Made by a program: the position numbers and the translations under genes. Of a stretch of 64,000 bases of DNA, positions 35,570 to 47,858 are shown one piece after another. Position 1 is the stretch's first letter; each line of letters opens with the position of its first letter. The stretch covers positions 102,996 through 166,995 of the forward strand of contig JALMLS010000552.1 in assembly GCA_038496445.1 (NCBI GenBank), read 5' to 3'. The notes below the pieces were generated by a model. That model saw only the letters and a program-made list of their open reading frames with translations. It made no database searches and was not told where the DNA came from. The stretch is from Trichosphaerium sp. ATCC 40318 (Eukaryota; Protista; Tubulinea).

Positions 35570-37867
35570 ATGTCTGCTGATATCGGTCTCGTTGGTCTCG
35601 CTGTTATGGGCGAAAATCTTGTCCTCAACATGGAAAGAAACGGATTTACGGTTGCTGTTCACAATCGGTACGAAAGATATAATAGTGGCGCATTTCGTTT
35701 AGTACGGTCGTTTGCTAGTACTTAGGGCTTCTTCCGTGCTAAAGTTTCTCCACGTATTATTCTAGACATGCTCTAACTTCGCTTTAGTACCACCTCCAAG
35801 ATTGACGACTTTGTTAATGGACGTGGTAAGGGTAAAAACTTTGTTGCTGCCCACACAATTGAAGACCTTGTAAAATCGTTGAAGGCTCCACGTAAGGTCA
35901 TGCTTATGGTAAAAGCTGGAAAGGTTGTAGACATCTTTATTGACAAAGTCGCTCCTCTACTCAGCAAGGTACCTATCCTATTCACTACGCTCCGGAGTGA
36001 TAAAAAGGAAGCGTTGTGCAGAAAATATTGCAAACAAAATGCAGACGCTTCTTTTTACTTTTCAATCCATCGCAATACGCACAAAATGCTCATTGCGTAC
36101 TCTTAGGGTGATATTATCATTGATGGTGGTAACTCCAACTACAATGACACAATCAGACGCACTGAAGCATTAGAAAAGCAAGGTATCTTGTTTTGCGGTG
36201 CTGGAGTTTCTGGTGGAGAAGAAGGTACAAAAAATACAGATCAGTATAAACTATGCGAATTCGTTATTTTGTCCGCAAATTTTTTCTGGCTCTCACAACA
36301 AGTGCTTCCGTAGCTCAGTTGGTTAGAGCGCACGACTGTTAATCGTGAGGTCGTAGGTTCGACCCCTACCGGGAGCGATGATTCCTTTTTGATTTTTTTT
36401 TCTGCCTTTGTGGACTTTTTTGTTCTTACAGTAGCACGTAGGTGCATTGTGGGGACCTTCTATCATGCCAGGTGGTTCCAAAGAAGCCTGGACACACATC
36501 AAACCAATTTTCCAAAAAATTGCTGCTAAGGTTGAAGATGGTTCTCCTTGCTGCGACTACGTTGGTGAGACCGGTGCTGGCCACTACGTAAAGATGGTTC
36601 ATAACGGTATTGAATATGGTGATATGCAACTTATCTCTGAGGTACCTTTTGGCGTCATTTCTTGTAGTTGTCTTTCGAGCATTGGTATTTACTGGATTTG
36701 CTAGGCATACCATTTGATGAAAACTCTTTTGGGTATGACTAACGCTGAAATGCACGCTGTTTTGGACGAGTGGAACAAAGGTGATTTGGATAGCTACTTG
36801 ATTGAGGTGAGTTGCTTGTTCGCTTTATATTTTGCCTGATGCCTTAGCTGAGTTTTTCTTGTTAGATCACTAGAGACATTCTCGCTAAGAAGGACGATGA
36901 AGTTAAGGATAAATACACCCTTGACCTCATTTTGGATGCTGCTGGCCAAAAAGGAACAGGTAATTAAACTAGCCAACAGTCACATGCATTCGCATCGTTT
37001 ACGTTGATTTTAGGAAAATGGACTGCCATTTCTGCTCTTGACCTTGGACTACCTGTAACACTCATTGGAGAAGCTGTATTTGCTAGATGCTTGAGCGCCC
37101 AAAAAGATGAGCGTGTTAACTCCAGCAAGATCTTGACTGGTCCTACACCTACCTACACTGGTACGTATTTCAGAGTTTTTTTTTTCTTCTTTGTTGTTGA
37201 AAGTTTTTTATACTTATGATGCTTGTAGGTGACCGCAAAGAACTTGTTGATGCTATCCGTGATGCTATCTACGCTGCTAAGATTGTTTCTTACGCACAAG
37301 GTTTCGTTCTTCTTAAGGTACAATTTTTTTTTTTTTTGTTCTTTTTTTTTAATGCCTACTTACCTTCTAATTAGGGAGCTGCTAAAGAATATGGATGGCA
37401 TTTGAACTACGGTGCCATCGCTCTTATGTGGCGTGGTGGATGTATCATTCGCTCTAAGTTCCTTGGTAAAATAAAAGAAGCTTTCGACAAAGATCACGAT
37501 CTTGAGAACCTCCTCCTTGATAAATTCTTTACTGAAAAAATCAACGCCGCTCAAGCTGGTTGGCGTAAGGTAGCAGCTGCTGCATTGACTAACGGTACGT
37601 GCAAAAAGAAAAAAATACCAACTTCATTAAAACTGTTCTCGCTGCTTATACTTATTGTTAGGTATCCCTATTCCAGCCATCACCACTGCTTTGTGCTACT
37701 ATGATGGTTTGAGAACCGCTAGACTCCCAGCAAATATGTTGCAAGCTCAAAGAGATTACTTTGGTGCTCATACATACGAGCGTGTTGATAAACCAAGAGG
37801 TGAACATTTCCATGCTAACTGGACAGGCAGAGGTGGTTCAACAGCTAGTAGCACATACATTGTTTAA
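35570..37867 (+). CDS. PGD: 6-phosphogluconate dehydrogenase, decarboxylating
   Basis: [80 protein letters not shown]. Confidence 0.98.
36304..36377 (+). tRNA. trnN-GUU: tRNA-Asn (GUU), inside PGD intron 36225-36441
   Basis: Full cloverleaf: acceptor GCTTCCG/CGGGAGC, D arm GCTC/GAGC, anticodon arm CACGA-CTGTTAA-TCGTG, T arm GTAGG-TTCGACC-CCTAC. T-runs follow about 8 nt downstream (Pol III terminator). Confidence 0.97.
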
Positions 37868-38116
37868 AAAAAAGTAACAGAAACTGTGGTAACAACACTG
37901 TCAAATGTTCTAATAAAAAAAGGAATCTTATTGACGTGGTAGTTAGAGTGAGCGTTGTACCACTACTTATCTTATTTTCGCATATACGCCTATACGTGCG
38001 TACTTGTGTGATATATTTGGTGTCCGTGAGCTACAAGAAAACATTTTGTTGAGTATCTGAATGTAATTACATTTTATTAAAGTTGCACATTCCGTTTTTG
38101 GTATGCACATAAATAC

Positions 38117-38401
38117 CTAATTATTACCAATTACAGGGGTAAAAGTAGTGTCACCAAACTTTATACTGCCGTCTGAGCATAATTTCTTAGGTGTTTTTTG
38201 AAGAATAGCAGCGTGTTCTTTGCCTAGGTCTCGTACTTCTTTATTTAAACAGTACTTTAGTGTATGAGCAACCTTTTTAAGCGTAATTTCGTCTTTATCG
38301 ACGGTATACAAGCCAATGCGACTATTTTCTGCGGTCCACGCACGAAATTTCCCATCGGCTTTAAATTCTATTGTAAATGGACCTTTGTACGTTCCTTCCA
38401 T
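38117..38401 (-). CDS. Small hypothetical protein (94 aa)
   Basis: ATG-started ORF preceded by an AC-rich leader like other genes here and followed by aataaa. No recognised motif. Confidence 0.5.
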   Translation of the reverse strand: MEGTYKGPFTIEFKADGKFRAWTAENSRIGLYTVDKDEITLKKVAHTLKYCLNKEVRDLGKEHAAILQKTPKKLCSDGSIKFGDTTFTPVIGNN

Positions 38402-38665
38402 TGTTGTGTTATTAGAGTAAGTTTAATAATGTTCTAAGCAAGTACAACACTCACTTAATTCAAAAAAAACCGCAGTTTGTTGAATTGGACTGTGTCACAC
38501 AAAGCCCTTGTTGTTTCGACAGCGTAGTATGTACTACTAATAGAAACGTTTGACATGACATTGCCGTTTAGCCTCAAAAAAAGCAAAAAAAGTCGGAAAA
38601 GTCAAACGTTGACTGATTTTTTAACAACTTTCAACTGGTTGAGGGCCTTAGTGTACCATTTTAGC

Positions 38666-40490
38666 ATGGCTGTGCGTAAACTAACGAAACTAGCTAGTAA
38701 TTATTAGAGTTTATGTAATGTTAATGTAGTCTGAACAAACGTTGGAGAATAAACAAGCTTTTAACATAAAGCTGGTCCTCGTAGGTTCGCCCTATTTTAA
38801 AAGTGTTCAAATGCCATCAACTTGTTTAGATAACAACACTCTTAGGAAGTGCAGGTGCAGGTAGAACTACCCTTGTGCATAGATTAACACAAGATATTTT
38901 TGAAAGTTCACTAAAGGCAACTGTATGTCATCACGTGTCTTATTACAGAATCAGCCTTATTTTGGTTTAGATGGGTGTTGATTTTAGCTTTAAAGTGGTA
39001 GAATTCAATAACACTTCTGTGAGGCTACAACTATGGGTACACCTGCAACAGGAGTTCTTTGTATGGGTTTGTTTACATGTATTTTTAGGATGTGGCAGGT
39101 TAGTCTTTCAACGTGGCAAATGTTATTTATTAATGTGTTTGACTATTTATAGCCCAGGAGAGATATGGGAGTATGCTCAAAGTACAAAGTCTTAAGTTTT
39201 TTTAAGAGCTCACTTTATACATGTTTTTAAGCTAACCTATTGGCGTGTTTTTGTTTAAGCATATTTGATTAATATGTTTCACTGTTAGGTTTATTGTAGG
39301 GGCGCTTTAGGAATAATGGTTTTCTTTGATAGTACCAGAAATTCAAGCTTTAATCAGGCACTATCATGGCAGCGAACATTGAAAGGCACAGTTTTCCATG
39401 ATACTAATAATCCTGTTCCTACTGTACTTGTTGCAACAAAGGTATTTCTTTTGTTGACATTACAGGTCACGTGTCTGTATGCTAATAAGTGTAGACTGAT
39501 TTAAAAAAGTACAAGATTGGTGATTTCAATAAAAGTAATGATGAAATGGATAACTTGTGAAAAACATGGATTCCTCACATGGTTTGAAACATCAGCAAAG
39601 GACAATATTAATGTTGAAGAACCGTTTTTGTTTATGGCAAAAGAAATAGTCAAAAAACTAAAGGAAGTTGAAGTAGAAACAGAAAATCTATCCAACCCGA
39701 ATGAAGTTACTGAAAAAGCAACACGTGGATCATCTTTTCAAAAGCGAAAGCAAATGCCTAGAAAAGAAGTAAGTCGCTCATATTACCGTGATTTAATGCA
39801 AAAAACTAATGTTATAGAGGATGACTCGAAAGATGAGGACAAAGAGACACAGGATTCTGAGTTGAAAGAAGATTCAAGAGACAAGTACTTATCAAAAGCG
39901 TTTGTTGATCCCAATCATGAATACAGCAAGTTTGGAGACAATATAGAGCATATTGATATCATTCGAGACGCCCTTGAAGTCGTGGAAATAAGCCAACACG
40001 AAAAAGACCATATTGATGAGGCAACAATTTTTTTTTAGAGAATTCCATCTAATGGTTTTGTAGTCTGCTGAACCAAATATCATTGACACTGTACAACAAG
40101 ACAATCAACAAAATTTGAACAAATCAGAGACTAGTTATTTGTCAGGTGTTGAGGTATCTTCATGTTCATGGATAGACAAAGATAGTTGTATCAACGAAAC
40201 CAAGGTAGCCCAACTTCAATTTCTAATTAAGTATCGATGTCATTTATTTAGGCAACGTTCAGTCCTCCTTCCACTACTTCAACATACCAACAACCCAATA
40301 AAGACCTTAATTGGGAGCAAAGACTTGTCGCTGTGGGCATTAAATATGAAAGAGCACAGGAACTTGGATCATTGATGAATGAAGCTGTCATTAAACTGAC
40401 TGATATAACTGGTAGTATTTAGAAGCGTTGGGATTCAATGCAATGGAACGTATCACAATCATTAAAGCAAAGAGGAACAACACTCTTTGA
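38666..40490 (+). CDS. Rab32/38-like GTPase with SAM-like tail (copy 3; degenerate G1/G3 motifs; two short T-run deletions)
   Basis: MA|SEQ...IKLVLVG|SAGAGRTT...|MGVDFSFKVV...LQLW|DVAA|QERYGSMLK|VYCRGALG...WFETSAKDNINVEE. Frameshifts near 39555 and 40418. Confidence 0.8.
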
Positions 40491-40913
40491 CACAAAAGAT
40501 TTAAGTAAATCCAATTCTTTAACTCTTTTGTCGCTATTAATTATTGAACAAAAATAAGATGTTTCAAGTTGTAAATAGACGTTTTAGTCACGTGTTTTCA
40601 AAGTAGTACTAAACGATGTATAATGTCCGTAGTACTTACAAAGTGGCTCAACTGTTTGATCGAAAGCTTGGGTAACGGTTTATACCTAACACCTCCTAGA
40701 CTTGTTTAAGAATTTGTACAATAGTCCATTTGCAGAAAATTGCATCACAAAAATATCTATCAACTACGGAACGTGAGTTTTCGCAAAGTAAGAACCTGTA
40801 TGTTTCGTAGTGACAATTTCTTAACCAACAATATGTACGCTTTTTTTGCGCGGTTTAAAAGGATTGACTCCGATTGTCTTCTAATGGAGACCATAACCGC
40901 GCCAAAACAACTC

Positions 40914-43900
40914 ATGTCTGACCATGCTTTGCCTGCGTATGATTTATCAGACTTTCCAGTCGAATTACTTGTAAGCTCTGCGTTGTAATGTTATTTCTAA
41001 AAACGGCGTAGGTGCATATTTTTAAATCATTGGATGGAATAGCGCTTTCTAAAGTAATAACAGTTTCTACGCTATGGAACGCTCTAGGAAACACAGAAGA
41101 GCTTTGGTACGTATACTTAGAGCGTATACAGATGACTTGTGACTAGTTTGGTTTATAGTACGTTAAACTCATTGATTATAGGTCAGTTATGTTCGAAGTG
41201 TTTACAAAGGACTTTGGAGAGGACGACTCCAATCCAATTGCTTTTGTTGAACCAAAAGCTAAAGAAACTCTTATAAGTGAGTTTGTGACCACGCTAACAT
41301 CCACAGTGGTATATACACCTACAGTATTTGATTCTTTAACGTACAGGGAGCTTTACAGACACATTGTACGAGAAAAACCTAAAAAACTTTCACAAAAAAA
41401 TGTGATCATTTTTCTTTCTTTTTTGCCGTTTGTAGTTCTGTATCAAGTGTATTTAATCTCGTGTTGTTATCCTATTTATTGTTTGTTTTTATTGGTTACC
41501 AACAAAAATGTAGCGTTTCTTTTGTGAGGAAGATAACGTGAAAACCTTTTTTTTGAAATTTCGTCACTAAATTTTATCATGCTTTAACTTTCTCTTTTTT
41601 TCTCAACAAGAAGAAGTGCTAATGAACCACTTTTTTATAGTCAACATTCCTACTTGTTGTTCAAACTGGTATGCCCGTAGAAGAGCCTGAGAATCATCAT
41701 GGTGCACCGATACGACATAAACGTGTTTTCGATGACTTGCAAAAAGCTATAAAAGCCAGTAGAGATGGTGATGCAATTTTCTTAACAGGAGGTAAGTACC
41801 ATCAACCCAAAGCAATAAATTCACCAAGTGAAACATTTTTGATAATCTGTTTGTCCGGTTTAACTGTTGCTAAAGGCGGTCATGTGATTGCTGGTTCAGA
41901 AGCTGAAAATGACCAAGAACACGATCATGATGACGGTCATGCCCATGATGATGGTCACGCCCACGGCCACGCTCACGGTCATGATCATGATCATGATGAC
42001 CACTGCCACTCATGTCCTGTAATTACAATAGATAAGTCAGTAATAATAAGTGGTTTCTCTAGTGAAAGTACATGTACGTTTTAATCAGAAACTAGAACTT
42101 GTAGATTGTTAATTTTTTTTTAGTGCTTTCAGCTACACTCGATTACAAAGCACCTTTAATTGTTATATCTTGTATTGAATTATCACAAATGCATGGTCAT
42201 TCACATGCTGCAACTATTCACCCAGGAGCAACTTGTATTGTACACAAGTCCTATGTTAGTCATCCAGGTAATGTTCTTTTTTTTTCTTCCACTTGTTTTA
42301 AACTCGTGATCTCACCTAAGTTTATCTGACTGTACATTTAGTAACTGTTAGTAAAAATGCTTCTCTTGAATGTTGTGCAAGTATTGTGCGTTCTTTTAGT
42401 TTGGACAATAAGAAGCACGTGGTAGGTTGAACCACCAACTAATATTTTAAACTTTAGCTTGCAACATATGAACTTGAAGAAGGATTCAAGTGCATCAATT
42501 TTCCACCTCCTTCAGGCTGTGTAAGCAGTCCTAAAACAGAAAGCAGTACGCATTTATAACTTGCAGAATAGAACTAAATGCATGTAGATATGGAACTCAT
42601 CTATTCGGCTATAAGCAAAAATAAAGATCCAAATATCTTAAGTGGCCTTTGTTGTACACTCGGTAGTATCTATGCGAATGGAAGTATGTTAAACATTTAG
42701 TATTATTTGTGGACTAGAGTTGGTCTAACTTTTTGCTCTGTAGTGTTTGAGCTATCTTACGAAATGGACTGCAAAATCTCTGATATCGTTGGTCGTCTTC
42801 TGGATGAATACATTGACAATGCCAGACTTCAGGTATATCCAAACACAGCACCTCTTTACTAAAGACATGAGATCTTATCTGCCCTACATTTGTTAATACT
42901 ATATAGGCTTGTGCACTTCTACTGCTTCATTACATGATTGTTTCTCCTGCTGTACCTCGCACACAAGGCCTAGCTGATAATATCTTCAAATACGTCATTG
43001 ATAATAAAGCAATACCAAAATTAATGCGTGCACTGAGTAATCATAAAGATGGTGATCCTCTCTATGCCGGTGTGGTACGTTAATTAATTACGTTTGTGAA
43101 GAAAGCGTTTTTTTTCCTGTTTTTTCGTTTCTTGAGTTTGTTTTGCGTTTGTTGACTTTTTGCTTTATCTGTTTGTGTTTTTTGGAAGCTATTTTAATTG
43201 ATTTATATACTAGATGTTTGATTCTGGTTATGACATTTTGTCTTCCATTCTTTCGGAGAAAAAGGAGTGGTTTGAAATAGGTAAACACAAAAACAAATGA
43301 ATTGGTTCGAGTTTTCTTTGTTTATAGCCTTCTAATATACTTTATGGTTATAGCCGCATCAAATAGTGATGATATAGTAATATTACTTGATACACGTGAT
43401 TCAGGAATAAAAAGTAATTCAGTGGGGTTGATTGAGGGCGCAAATCAGATTTTGATGTTGTACACAAGATTTGCTGGAAATAGGGAGAGGTTCATTAAAG
43501 AAAGAGGTATAGAGCGTACATTTGAAGACATTTCAGAGAGTACCTTTGATATCGCAGAGAGCTACTTGGAGGTTCTTACGAACATAATGGAGTACAGCAG
43601 TACGTCACTCGCTTTATTGGCAAACCAAACCTTTCAAACCTTTCCTGTTTTTTTAAATTGCATTCTTTCTTGTCGTTTGCTGTCTTCTGGCGTGCTATCT
43701 AGGGCGGATCCAGAATCTTATATTACTAAGCTAACTATGTTATAGGTGATGACGCTAAAGAAGCAACTACAAAGGCAATTTTAGAGCGTGGATGCTTGAA
43801 ATGGCTTCCAAAATTTTTTAAGCTTGATATGTCAGATGAAGCTAATGATAACCTTTTTATTGCACTTTTTGACCTTGTTCTGATATATAGCGATGTTGGT

Positions 43901-45603
43901 ATGTTTATAATACCGATTTTGATAATAATTTACACTGTATAGAGGTGTTACAGCGTGCAATATGTGAAGAAATGGCTATTAAAGAAGAAAAAGAATGGTC
44001 AACTATTTTGACATTGATACATGCTTACTGCTTCAATGGTACGTGTAAATTCTGTTTTCTGTAACCCAGTACACAATACTTCTATCAATTTTGTTTGCCT
44101 GTAATACCATCATGCGTGTCAAGTGCCATCTTAAACTTATTGCCTTTCATCGTTTTTTCGTTGTTCAAAAAAATCGCTAATGTCATTTCTTTAGAGAGTA
44201 ATGCTTCTGGACTTGTACTATATGGTATTCTAGATACACTAAGAAAGTATCTTTCCAATACAACTTCAAGTGAAGTTGTACATAAGATTGTTTATGTGTT
44301 ACATCATTTGGGTAATTTTAAGGCTGTTAAAGACCAAACCGAGGTACTTTTTTTTCTTCTTCAAACTTAAATATAAGACACGTGTTGTAAGCTTGATGCG
44401 TTTTTTGTTGAGAAAAGCCTTCTATTAATCCATAGCACATTCATTCCAATTTATAAAACGTTTCTATGTTACGGTGGTCGTTCAACATTGTTTTTTTTTC
44501 GATGCAGTTTTTTCTGCTTTTTTTTTTCTTTGATGACTTGGGGCTTTGGTTTCTTCTTACTTTCTTTCAAAGGAGTTATTAAAAATATCAAATATTATAA
44601 AAGGTTCAAAACGGCAACGTTTAGAAGAAATATCTCATTGGGTAACTTCTCTTTGTTACATCCTCGATGGTACAATATTTCTTATTTTTTTCTTGAAGTT
44701 TTGTCATGAACGTTTTAAGTAACGCAGATTTTTACTTGTAGGATCTGTTCAGTATAAAGAAACTGATATGTACATGAAACCAGCATCTCATTGTATTTTA
44801 ATATCAAGTGATGGCTTGAGACTAAAAAATATTTTCACTCGTTTTGCAACTGCTGTTGGTAGTTACTATGTTTCCTCTGGTAGATGGTATGTGGTACTTT
44901 TAACATTAATTGAATGTATTTGCTCTCAATAATAATTAAACATTCTCCCATTAGGTACTATGAGGTACAAATTGTTGCAGAAGGAGTCATGCAAATCGGT
45001 ACACAGTTTTTTTTGGATGGAGCTATCAAAGAACATTAACACCTGTTGTCTTTACTTGTATTTATTTTTGTTTAAGGTTGGGCTAGAAAAGAGTACCGTG
45101 GTTTATATACAAGATTTGGTGCTGGTATAGGAGATGATAAGTACTCTTGGGCTGTTGATATGAATCGAAGAAAAGTATGGCATGATAACTCTGTGCCGTA
45201 TGCAGAAAATAGTACGAATCATTTAGACTTTCTTTTGCTGTTTATCTCTATCTAATTTTTTCTATTAGTGCCTAAATGGCAGGAAGGTGATATTGTACAA
45301 TGTTGGATAGACCTTGATGACGGCACAATAGAGTTTGGAATAAATGGCGAAAACTATGGTAATGTCATTAAATTCTTATTTTTTTCTTAACTGTTGAACC
45401 AGTCTTTGCTTACTTGTTTTCTTTTATTAGGTGTGGCATTTAATGATATTGATATTGGATCAGGTGTTACACCTGGTATTTCAATGGATACACCTGATTA
45501 CGATGATAGCCCATCACTTGAGTGTGTTTTTAATTTTGGAAAAATTCCTTTCAAGTACCCTCAAAAAGCGTACAAAGGATTGTATGAGTCACAACCAACA
45601 TAA
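40914..45603 (+). CDS. Large multi-exon F-box protein: F-box, beta-helix-like start with His-rich insert, ARM-like helical region, C-terminal SPRY/B30.2
   Basis: LSDFPVELL|VHIFKSL...LWN, FDDLQKAIKASRDGDAIFLTGG, GRW|YYEVQIVAEGVMQIG|WA...GIGDDKYSWAVD...WQEGDIVQCWIDLDDGTIEFGING...FNFGKIPFKYP. Confidence 0.8.
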
Positions 45604-45799
45604 AACTAAAAAGAGCTTATCAAAGTTTATACCCCTTGATAGTATATAGTTGACTAGAGCTGTTGTATGTAATAAACAAATGATTAAGAGACTCAATCGA
45701 AGATATCCAATGGTCAAACAAAGGAAAAAAAGTTTGTACTCAATTTGGAACATTTGTGGCAAAGTTTGAGTGCAGTGAAAACACTCTTAGATATCCATA

Positions 45800-47413
45800 T
45801 GCACCTTGATACACATGTTTCACCAAGTGTCACGCATAGATTTCCCTGCCAGATCTTCAACCTTGTATCGCTTGAAGCTCAACTCTGGTCGCTTAGCACA
45901 TAACTAAACAGAATATTAGAATAAATAGAAGAAATCTAGCTGATTTAAACTCATTCAAAAAGCAATGCAAGGCATGTACTTTTTCGATCAGTGAGCGCAA
46001 AGTAGCCCTTAAAAGCAACAGTGTCTTTGTGTATTTGGTAGATACACTATACTTTTAGCCTTGGGAAAGAGATACAAATGGTAGTATCCAAACTTTATTC
46101 AGAATCTTTCTGTGCGTCATAGTCTATCATGTATTGTGCTATAACAGAAAGTGTTACAGGCCATTTTGTCCTATCCAAGGAAGTTACAAAGTTTATTAAA
46201 TCAATGAGCGCTGATTCACTATTTCTAGCTTTATAGCAAACAAGACACCTAAAACGAAATAATTAGCAAAACGTTTCTATTTCTCTATATGGAAAAAGTA
46301 CATTAGCTTGTCTTTGGGGGTTTTGACAAGGTAGTCTTCAAAAATCCTAAAGAAATTAAAGCAACACCTTGCTGATTTATTGTGTATGGAGTATTTTATT
46401 GCTTTTTCAAAAAATATCTCAAAGCAACCATCTTCTCCACATTGAAAATCTTCATCACAATACGATCTATTTGTATTGAAAAAAATTTAGTTGTAACTAT
46501 GTGTTAGCAACACTTACACTTCAACATTGTCCAGTATGTTATACATTGTCTCTTCATCCACATAATGTAAAAAAACAGGCACATATTTCTTCAAGTGTAA
46601 CTGAGTTATTGTCATTTGGCACAACTGAGAAGCTGCAATATTGAATGAGGCTACAACTCCTTTTTTGTATTTCTCATGAAACCCATGTTGTAGTGGGAGA
46701 TCCATTGCGCTTATAGCAATAGTACACATACTTTGTTTACTAAAGCTAACTAAAGATATCTTTGGGCTTTTAAAATTCATGTTGCTGGAAGCCATCACAT
46801 GCTCAAAGTCGTCAGAAACTGAAGCTAACTCAAATGTATAATTTTGGTAGATTGACTGGTTTATAGTTTTAGTGGAGGAGATATTAAATCACCTCAACAG
46901 TATACCTGACAGCCCATCCAATCAGAGGCGATTTGGGCTTCTTTCAACTCTGTGGCATTAAGTTTGGTAGGAAACGTTGTTTTGTTTTTAATATCGCTGA
47001 GAATACCTTCAAATTAAGTAAAAACGTTTATTTATCACGTGATTATAAACGACTTACGCTTTAAACCACAAAGTGTTACATTGTTACCAATTTTAAGAAC
47101 GATTTCGCCCTTGAATTTGTTGTCTACTTCAAGTTGATGAGCTATCACAGGAACTTCCTTTGCGACACTTTGCTCGATTTTAAACTGAGCTATGAGCTCG
47201 TTGTTCTTCCAAACGTCTAGCAAGGTTTTAAGATTAACAATTACTGCTATATATATCAGCATACTGGCATTTAACATCTAAATTGAGAGCAGTTGAGTTC
47301 CACTCCAATACAATACGTAGCTACAGGTTAAGTAGGTTTTGGTTAAGTTATTTGTCTATTGTTGTATTCAACGATATACCAAACCAACAAAGCTTTGTTT
47401 TTGACTTAGACAT
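45800..47413 (-). CDS. BTB/POZ(Skp1)-like domain protein, 3' part possibly decayed
   Basis: Spliced exons give FKIEQSVAKEVPVIAHQL...ELKEAQIASDWMGCQ, a weak match to the BTB helix pattern. In-frame stops appear in the distal exons. Confidence 0.4.
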
Positions 47414-47473
47414 TCATCAACATACTGTAAGAATGTCTAAATATGGATCTTATTACCAACATGCGAATCGTAT

Positions 47474-47742
47474 TTAGAAATGCCTTTTGGATTTCTATGA
47501 CATTGGCCTGTCAAAGCATTTAGTGCTTTTACACCTTCATCTGTCACAGCGGCTTCAGCAAGGTAAATAGTATGAACTCCTGCATGCTTTAGACTTCATC
47601 TGTATCTGCTGTTTCCAAAGACTGATGGTGTACGCCTTTGAAAGTTTTGATCCCTTCATCAGTAGCACATGGACACTCGGCAATATCGATCCAGTGAATA
47701 CCTGCAAGTACTTTCAAATCAGAATTGTTGGGCTGCTGTTGT
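47474..47742 (-). pseudogene. LRR fragment of the F-box/LRR family
   Basis: DLKVLAGIHWIDIAECPCATDEGIKTFKGVH...AGVHTIYLAEAAVTDEGVKAL with multi-base deletions and no start codon. Confidence 0.75.
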
Positions 47743-47858
47743 AAAAAAAGTTAAACAGAACAGTATTTCAAATCAGAAATAAAGTAGTTCTTCGCTACTT
47801 TTTGTTGTAATACAACTTAATAATTTATTGGCTTTCATGCCATTTACTATTGTACAAG

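Noticed and set aside
27900-37900. Metabolic gene cluster (decarboxylase + dioxygenase + transporter)
   Set aside because: Adjacency and co-orientation only; no pathway link can be shown from sequence.
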